Assembly (NCBI GenBank): GCA_038897035.1
Contig: JAWAXF010000003.1
Coordinates: 64,064 to 128,063, forward strand
DNA: 64,000 nucleotides
Direction: 5' to 3'
DNA from: Candidatus Bathyarchaeia archaeon
GTDB taxonomy: Archaea > Thermoproteota > Bathyarchaeia > Bathyarchaeales > DTEX01
Positions 57,975 through 64,000 of the stretch are shown one piece after another. The notes under the pieces are model-generated. The model worked only from the letters and a program-made list of their open reading frames with translations, was not told where the DNA came from and did no database searches. Positions within the stretch are counted from its first letter, which is position 1; every line of letters begins with the position of its first letter. The position numbers and the translations under genes were made by a program.

Positions 57975-58937
57975 TCATGGTCCACGCATTTTTCTTCTAG
58001 TGAGGAAGGCGTGTACATATCCCATGATACCTCTGGGGAAGACCAGTACCATGGCCACAATTATTACTCCATAAACCAGCATAGCGAGTCCTGGAAATTC
58101 GACGAGAAAAGTTTGTCTCAGCCAAACAACGAAAAACGCACCTATGATGGGGCCAAGAATTGTTCGCACCCCTCCAAAAACTGTAGCTGTTATTGAAGAT
58201 AGAGTCCAGTAGAAGGCGAAAGCTGCTGCTGGTGAGATAAAACCTGAATAGATAAAGTAGAGACTTCCTGAAATTCCTGCAAAGAAGGATGATATAACCC
58301 AGCATAAAAGCTTGGTTTTGAAGACATCAACGCCGTAAGATTCTGCAGCTATATCATCATCTGCTATTGCTTTAAGCCTTAACCCTACCCTACTTTGCAC
58401 AATGATATATGCAACAAATATTGAAGCAATAGCGATCACAAGAGATATATAGTATAAATCATAAACTGTTACGTGCGCCACTATGGGCATTCCATAACCT
58501 CCACCAACATATGACCAGCCTTGGAACCAGTAGAAAAGAACAGAAGCGCTTACTAGGGTGCCCATTGCGAAATACAACCCCCTCATTTTTATAATCAGGA
58601 AGGATGTTGCTAAAGCTAACAAAACGCACATGGTTCCGCTGATAAACATGCTAACTAGAAGGTGCAAACCCCAAAGTGTACACGCTATTGCCGTTATGTA
58701 CCCTCCAAAACCTACAAACCCATGAAAACCAAGGGCTAGCATCCCTGAATAGCCCGAGAGAAGATTGTAAACTTCAGCCATAGCCGTGTACGTAAAGAAG
58801 AGAAAGAAAAGGGTTATCCAATCAGGTCCTAACCCTAATGGTACTAGAAGCGCGACTATGATTCCTCCAATAATTAAGTAAAATCTAATATCTTTAGAGA
58901 GCTTTATATTTTCAAAGCTAACAGTATTCTTCTTCAT
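57975..58937 (-). CDS. livM: Branched-chain-type ABC transporter permease
   Basis: 320 aa polytopic membrane protein. 4-nt overlap with livH. Confidence 0.85.
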   Translation of the reverse strand: MKKNTVSFENIKLSKDIRFYLIIGGIIVALLVPLGLGPDWITLFFLFFTYTAMAEVYNLLSGYSGMLALGFHGFVGFGGYITAIACTLWGLHLLVSMFISGTMCVLLALATSFLIIKMRGLYFAMGTLVSASVLFYWFQGWSYVGGGYGMPIVAHVTVYDLYYISLVIAIASIFVAYIIVQSRVGLRLKAIADDDIAAESYGVDVFKTKLLCWVISSFFAGISGSLYFIYSGFISPAAAFAFYWTLSSITATVFGGVRTILGPIIGAFFVVWLRQTFLVEFPGLAMLVYGVIIVAMVLVFPRGIMGYVHAFLTRRKMRGP

Positions 58938-59812
58938 ACTTCATACCCAAATATTCCTTCTGGTTTCAAGTAAAGCACTATTAACGTTATAAGATTTTGT
59001 ATAAGGAAAGCATATGCTATTCCTATATAATATGAAGCCAATGCTTGGACAAGACCCACAATAACGCCTCCGACTAGAGCGCCTCGAATACTACCTATGC
59101 CGCCAAGAATTATGACGGAAAAAGCCATACCTAGGTAAATGTGCCCGTAGCTGGGTTCAAAAGCGTAGGTCAACCCTACGAATATTCCTCCTAATGCGGC
59201 AAGTACCGCACCTATGCCGAAAGTGATTGCATACATCCTCTTGTCATTTACCCCAAAAAGGTTAACAGTTATAGGATCCTCAGACGTAGCTCTAATAGCC
59301 CTGCCTATGAAAGTATATTTTAGGAAAATATAGACGAAAATCATTGCAGCCATTGCAGCGATAAAGTCTATTAAATATATAAAAGGTAAGCTAATACCAA
59401 ACAACGTTATACTTCTACCTGCGTAGCTTGGAGCGTAAGGCGTTAAGCTTTTTGCATCAGGACCATAAAGTATGAGTAGAAAGTTTTCGACAATTAAACC
59501 TATCCCTAATATTAATGGTATACGGCCTGCAGGTTCACGCAACATCACCCTATTTATTAGTGAATACTGTAGTGCTAGACCTATACAAAAAACTACAGGA
59601 AGCACTACAAGCGCGGACAGCAGGGGGTCAAGCCTCAATAATGTAACTGTGCTAAAACTAAGATAACAGCCCAAAACAACCATTTGCCCATGAGATACAT
59701 TCATAGTATACCTAATGCCCGTAAAAATTAAGGATAAACCTAAACCCACAATTCCATACACGCCGCCCACAAAAATACCCATTAATATTACCTCAATCAT
59801 ATACATCACCAA
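58934..59812 (-). CDS. livH: Branched-chain-type ABC transporter permease
   Basis: 292 aa polytopic membrane protein of the LivH pattern. Confidence 0.85.
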   Translation of the reverse strand: MVMYMIEVILMGIFVGGVYGIVGLGLSLIFTGIRYTMNVSHGQMVVLGCYLSFSTVTLLRLDPLLSALVVLPVVFCIGLALQYSLINRVMLREPAGRIPLILGIGLIVENFLLILYGPDAKSLTPYAPSYAGRSITLFGISLPFIYLIDFIAAMAAMIFVYIFLKYTFIGRAIRATSEDPITVNLFGVNDKRMYAITFGIGAVLAALGGIFVGLTYAFEPSYGHIYLGMAFSVIILGGIGSIRGALVGGVIVGLVQALASYYIGIAYAFLIQNLITLIVLYLKPEGIFGYEV

Positions 59813-59871
59813 TGATTTACTGTATATATGTAGAAGTAGAAAATGTTACAATATATGTTAATCATATCACA

Positions 59872-60594
59872 TTAAACCCCAAAGTAAGCTTTCATTAATT
59901 CCTTGCTTTTAAGTATTTCTTTTGATCTACCTTCCAGAGTTATTCGCCCGGACCCCATTATATATGCGTAATCGCTTATTTCAAGGCTTCTTTTAATGTT
60001 CTCATCTACAAGAAGAATTGTTATTCCTAGTTGCTTAATTTCATCAACCTTTTTGTATATGTCCTCTCTAACCTTTGGAGCTAAACCTAAGGTTACCTCA
60101 TCTAACATTAACAATTTTGGATCAGCCATCAAGCTTCTTGCAATAGCAAGCATTTGCTGTTCTCCCCCACTTAAAGTTCCGGCTTTTTGGTTTTCTCGTT
60201 CGGCAAGCACCGGAAAAAGTTCATAAATTTCCTTAAGCTTTTGAGTCATATTTTTCCTTTTTGTCTTTGGATAGCAACCCATCAGCAAATTCTCCTTAAC
60301 CGTCATTCGTGTAAAAAGTTTTCGACCCTCAGGTACCTGAATCACTCCAAGATCAGCTATACGCCAAGGAGGAAGATGATCAATTCTTTCACCCTTAAAT
60401 TTAATGGTACCTTTTTTAGGGTGGATTAGCCCGGAAATTGTTTTGATAAGCGTTGATTTTCCCGCACCATTTGGTCCTACTAAAGCAACCGTGGTCCTCT
60501 CATGTATTTTCATAGAAATATCTCGTAAAACGTCTATGTATTCGTAAGAGACGTCAATGTTATTTATTTCTAAAAGCACGTCCTCCGAGTTCAT
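59872..60594 (-). CDS. livF: ABC transporter ATP-binding protein
   Basis: Walker A GPNGAGKST, signature LSGGEQQ and Walker B LLMLDE. Confidence 0.9.
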   Translation of the reverse strand: MNSEDVLLEINNIDVSYEYIDVLRDISMKIHERTTVALVGPNGAGKSTLIKTISGLIHPKKGTIKFKGERIDHLPPWRIADLGVIQVPEGRKLFTRMTVKENLLMGCYPKTKRKNMTQKLKEIYELFPVLAERENQKAGTLSGGEQQMLAIARSLMADPKLLMLDEVTLGLAPKVREDIYKKVDEIKQLGITILLVDENIKRSLEISDYAYIMGSGRITLEGRSKEILKSKELMKAYFGV

Positions 60595-60599
60595 GCGGT

Positions 60600-61313
60600 T
60601 TATCCCCCCAAATATATGTCAACGACTTCTTTGCTACTTAGCACATCTTTTGGCGCGCCCTCAAACAACTTCATACCACGATGCATAAACATTACTCTAT
60701 CAGCAACTCGAGTAATAAGCTCCATCCTATGCTCCACCAAAACTATTGTTATTCCCGTGCCAGAAACTTTTTTAATAACCTCTGCTAAGTAATCAATTTC
60801 CTCCTCTCGCATTCCAGCCGCAGGTTCATCTAAAAGTAGAAGCTTGGGCTTACATGCCAGAGCTCTTGCTATCTCAAGTCTTTTTAATTGAAAAGGAAGC
60901 AAGGATCCGGCGGGAACATCCTTTAAGTTTTCTATTTTTAACAATTTTAACACTTCCATATCATACTCAAGAGCATCCGCATACTTCATGTTTTGACTTG
61001 AAATTGAAGCAACCAGCAAATTCTCCAATACTGTGAGTCTCGGGAATGGACGAGGAATTTGATAGGCTCTTGCCATCCCCATTCTACAAATTTTATGGGG
61101 GGGTAAGCCTTTAATGGAACGCCCTAAAAATTCTATCTTCCCAGCATCTGGTAAATATATGCCCGTTATAACATTGAAAAGGGTTGTTTTGCCAGAGCCA
61201 TTCGGCCCTATTATCCCAAAAATTTCGTTCTTATAAACTTCAAATGTTACATTTGACAAAGCATATAAGCCGCCAAAGCGTTTAGTTATACCTTCCCCTC
61301 TTAAGATGACCAT
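60600..61313 (-). CDS. livG: ABC transporter ATP-binding protein
   Basis: Walker A GPNGSGKTT and Walker B LLLLDEPAAG. Confidence 0.9.
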   Translation of the reverse strand: MVILRGEGITKRFGGLYALSNVTFEVYKNEIFGIIGPNGSGKTTLFNVITGIYLPDAGKIEFLGRSIKGLPPHKICRMGMARAYQIPRPFPRLTVLENLLVASISSQNMKYADALEYDMEVLKLLKIENLKDVPAGSLLPFQLKRLEIARALACKPKLLLLDEPAAGMREEEIDYLAEVIKKVSGTGITIVLVEHRMELITRVADRVMFMHRGMKLFEGAPKDVLSSKEVVDIYLGG

Positions 61314-61499
61314 TAGCTATTAACACACCAATTCGTTTTTAGCAATAATAGCCATCTTACCTATTGTTAATGAGTTTTATAAATTTTACTCAAAAATTTA
61401 CATAATTCGCTTCAGCGGTCATAGACTAAGTACGTCCAAGATAATAACTCAAAAAATAAATATTTATCTCTCTAAATAAGATTTTAGAGGTGGGAAATA

Positions 61500-64000
61500 T
61501 TGAGTAAAACGGAAAAAATGAACTATATATCTGCAGGTTTATGCGGGGTTTCGGGCTCTTCGTTACCCAGCGAAGTCCATGTGAGGAACGGAAAAATTAT
61601 AAGAATTCTTCCATTCCACTTTCCAGAGAATGTTAGGCTTTACGAGATTAAGACTGATAAAGGGGTCTTTACTAGGCCAAGAAAGCATGTCCCATGGACT
61701 TATATGCTGGCCTTTAAAAAGAGGGCGTTTTCGCCAAACAGGGTCATGTATCCCTTGAAGAGGATTGATTGGAACCCTGAAAACAGGAACCCACAAAATA
61801 GGGGAAAATCAGGCTTTGTGAGGATTTCTTGGGAGGAAGCCTTAGACATAATAGCGAATGAGATAAGAAGAATAAAAGAAGTTTACGGCTCGACAGAACC
61901 TATATTAGTATTAGCGGATGGCCATGGACAATCAGGTTATTTGCAAACAACCCATGGCTGGGCGCATTACCTTTTTGATAAGCTTGGTACAGGATGGACC
62001 ATATCTGTTAGAAATCCTGACAGTTGGGAAGGATACTATTATGGTGCAAAACATGTCTGGGGGTTCGACGAGTCGGTTGGGGAGCCTAACCAAGACGCTA
62101 TATGGGACGACATCCTACAGAACTGTGAAATGATTATCTTTAGTGGCTGCGACCCTGAAACAACCGTACCTGGCTTCTCAGGACAGATGGGTACGTATTT
62201 CTGCGATTATCTGAAGAAAGCTGGGATTAAGATTGTTGGTGTATCTCCAGATATGAACTATGCTATAGCCTTACATGCGGATAAGTGGATTCCAGTACGT
62301 CCCAACACGGATGCAGCGCTCTACCTTGCAATCGCACATGTATGGATAACAGAAAAAAGCTATGATGAGGAATATGTAAGAACGCATTGTATTGGTTTTG
62401 ATGAATTTAAGAATTATGTTTTAGGTAAAGATGATGGCACCCCTAAGACGCCTGAATGGGCGGAAAAGATTTGCGGAACTCCATCCTCAGCCATCAAAGC
62501 CTTAGCTAGAGCATGGGCTAGAAAGCGAACATCTTTAGCCGTGCATTATGGAGGCCCAAAGATCAGAGGTTTCTTGTCACATTTACCAGCACGACTAGAG
62601 GCATATTTACTTGCTATGCAGGGGCTCGGAAAGCCTGGAAGACAATTCGTAAGGCTTATTAGGACGCTTCCTTGGCTAGTTTTCAAAAAATTGCCTCCAA
62701 TTCCACAATATCCAGAAACGCTCAGGGAGGGCATCCCGCCACAGCCACCAGCTCCAGAATATATAGGCTCTCCTCCAGAGGGGAGACCTTTTATACTTAA
62801 AACTCTAATTCCTGAGGCCATACTTAACCCGCCAGTCTACTGGTATGGTAAGAATATTATTGTCTGCCCAAGCGAAGATCAATTTAAGGTCTATAGATTT
62901 CCTCCATATGATGGGCACCCGGGAATAAGGGCAATCTGGAATGAGAACTCATGTATGACTGCATGCTGGAACTATGGGTATAAAATGATTGAGGCTATGA
63001 GGAGTCCTAAGATAGAGTTTGTGGTATCTGTGACCCCTTGGCTTGAGAATGATGCTCTCTTCTCAGATATAATATTGCCAGCCCAAACGATTTTTGAACA
63101 TGAAGACCTTGTAGTGGTGCATCACTCAGACACATATGGTATCTTTTACCAAGAAAAGTCTATTGAGCCCATAGGCGAATCTAAAAGTGATTATGAAATT
63201 TACAGGCTTATTGCGGAGAGACTTGGCATTGGAGAATATTTCCTTCAAGTAGAGGAGCTACTAAGAAAAACCTACGAAACGACATTAGCCTCTAGAAAGC
63301 TTCCGTGGGAGGAATTCAAGAAGAAAAAATGTTACATTTATGATGCACCTACATGGGAAGAATGGCTTAAGATAAAAAAGAATGAAATGGGCTTTGAAAA
63401 ATATGAGGGTGGCACGGCTTGGTTCTATAAGCAAGGAACAGGTTTAGGGACCCCAACAGGCAAGATAGAATTTGTTTCTCAGAGAATATTAAAGTACTCT
63501 CCAGAGGATGAAGAAAGACCACCCCTCGCAAAGTGGGTAGCTCATGGAGAAAGCCCTCTTAGTCAAAAGGCTAGGGAATATCCATTCTTAGTCGTCTCAA
63601 ATCATCCAAGATGGAGACATCACACTATAGGTGATGACATAACGTGGTTAAGAGAACTTCCTTCATGTAAGGTAAGAGGACCGGATGGCTATTTATACGA
63701 GCCTGTGTGGATCCACCCCAAGGATGCTGCTAAGAGGGGTATTAAAAATGGAGATATAGTGATGGTTTACAATGACAGAGGAGCCATTCTATGCGGAGCC
63801 ATCGTTACCGAAAGGATAATTCCAGGGGCTCTACAAATAGCGCACGGCTCTCGTTTGGATCTGATTTCCATAGAAGCCAAAATTGATAGAGGTGGTTGCA
63901 TCAACCTTATATGTCCCTCACCGCGCGAAAAATATAAAGAGGGGACTCCTGTAAAGGTGCCTGAAATGGCTGTCAGCGGTTTTCTTGCTGACATCAAGAA
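61500..64000 (+). CDS. Pyrogallol-phloroglucinol transhydroxylase large-subunit-like molybdoenzyme (AthL-like), 3' end outside window
   Basis: Absent from the ORF track because it has no stop codon inside the window. I translated it by hand from the TTG at 61500 (GAGGTG lies 8 nt upstream, with an in-frame TAG at 61485). The frame is open to base 64000 (833 codons). No N-terminal FeS Cys motif. Motifs: GKIIRILP, NPDSWEGYYYGAKHVWGF, GKDDGTPKTPEWAEKICG, ESKSDYEIYRLIAERLGIGEYF, RGIKNGDIVMVYNDRGAIL, DRGGCINLICP. Confidence 0.8.
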   Translation, partial: MSKTEKMNYISAGLCGVSGSSLPSEVHVRNGKIIRILPFHFPENVRLYEIKTDKGVFTRPRKHVPWTYMLAFKKRAFSPNRVMYPLKRIDWNPENRNPQNRGKSGFVRISWEEALDIIANEIRRIKEVYGSTEPILVLADGHGQSGYLQTTHGWAHYLFDKLGTGWTISVRNPDSWEGYYYGAKHVWGFDESVGEPNQDAIWDDILQNCEMIIFSGCDPETTVPGFSGQMGTYFCDYLKKAGIKIVGVSPDMNYAIALHADKWIPVRPNTDAALYLAIAHVWITEKSYDEEYVRTHCIGFDEFKNYVLGKDDGTPKTPEWAEKICGTPSSAIKALARAWARKRTSLAVHYGGPKIRGFLSHLPARLEAYLLAMQGLGKPGRQFVRLIRTLPWLVFKKLPPIPQYPETLREGIPPQPPAPEYIGSPPEGRPFILKTLIPEAILNPPVYWYGKNIIVCPSEDQFKVYRFPPYDGHPGIRAIWNENSCMTACWNYGYKMIEAMRSPKIEFVVSVTPWLENDALFSDIILPAQTIFEHEDLVVVHHSDTYGIFYQEKSIEPIGESKSDYEIYRLIAERLGIGEYFLQVEELLRKTYETTLASRKLPWEEFKKKKCYIYDAPTWEEWLKIKKNEMGFEKYEGGTAWFYKQGTGLGTPTGKIEFVSQRILKYSPEDEERPPLAKWVAHGESPLSQKAREYPFLVVSNHPRWRHHTIGDDITWLRELPSCKVRGPDGYLYEPVWIHPKDAAKRGIKNGDIVMVYNDRGAILCGAIVTERIIPGALQIAHGSRLDLISIEAKIDRGGCINLICPSPREKYKEGTPVKVPEMAVSGFLADIK

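Noticed and set aside
1-64000. Search for CRISPR arrays, rRNA genes, intact IS elements or integrases
   Set aside because: I saw no regularly spaced repeats and no transposase, integrase or rRNA-like sequence on either strand. The only mobile-element hint is the degenerate region at 41.2-41.9 kb.

Overview
This is an archaeal chromosomal window. The archaeal markers are RadA, Orc1/Cdc6, ribosomal protein L10e, RpoL, Csl4, Dph2, PAC2, a GHMP-type shikimate kinase, Ftr/FwdBD, a GC-rich SRP RNA and a two-intron tRNA. I suspect a Bathyarchaeia/Thermoproteota-like lineage, but that is inference only. Bases 1-41,200 are mostly housekeeping: hisB(partial)-A-F-I, aroD-E-K-A-C, glyA, AMP phosphorylase, apgM, two TtuA/Ncs6-type PP-loop ATPases, an S2P protease, a thiolase, ftr plus fwdDB, queT, a MATE pump, vapBC, dcd, L10e, ppsA, the dph2-methylase-csl4-rpoL block, sua5, radA, orc1/cdc6, topoisomerase IA, PAC2 and hsp20. 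After a ~650-bp degenerate, ORF-poor stretch (41.2-41.9 kb) the sequence becomes more AT-rich. My hand counts of sampled 60-nt lines give about 53% GC before and about 42% after. From there to the window edge lies an accessory catabolic block. It encodes an arginase-fold enzyme, a corrinoid protein translationally coupled to a UroD/MtaA-type methyltransferase, crotonase, 3-hydroxyacyl-CoA dehydrogenase, a cupin and two SDRs. It also encodes a Liv-type binding protein and a livGFHM importer co-oriented with a cytoplasmic bis-MGD molybdoenzyme, a UbiD-family (de)carboxylase, a FucI/AraA-like protein, and an FeS-less molybdoenzyme that closely resembles pyrogallol-phloroglucinol transhydroxylase AthL. 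My lead hypothesis is an archaeal anaerobic methoxy-/polyhydroxy-aromatic (gallate/pyrogallol/phloroglucinol-type) degradation island. I found no CRISPR array, rRNA gene or intact mobile element. All calls rest on reading the ORF translations and the nucleotide sequence by eye; no searches were run.
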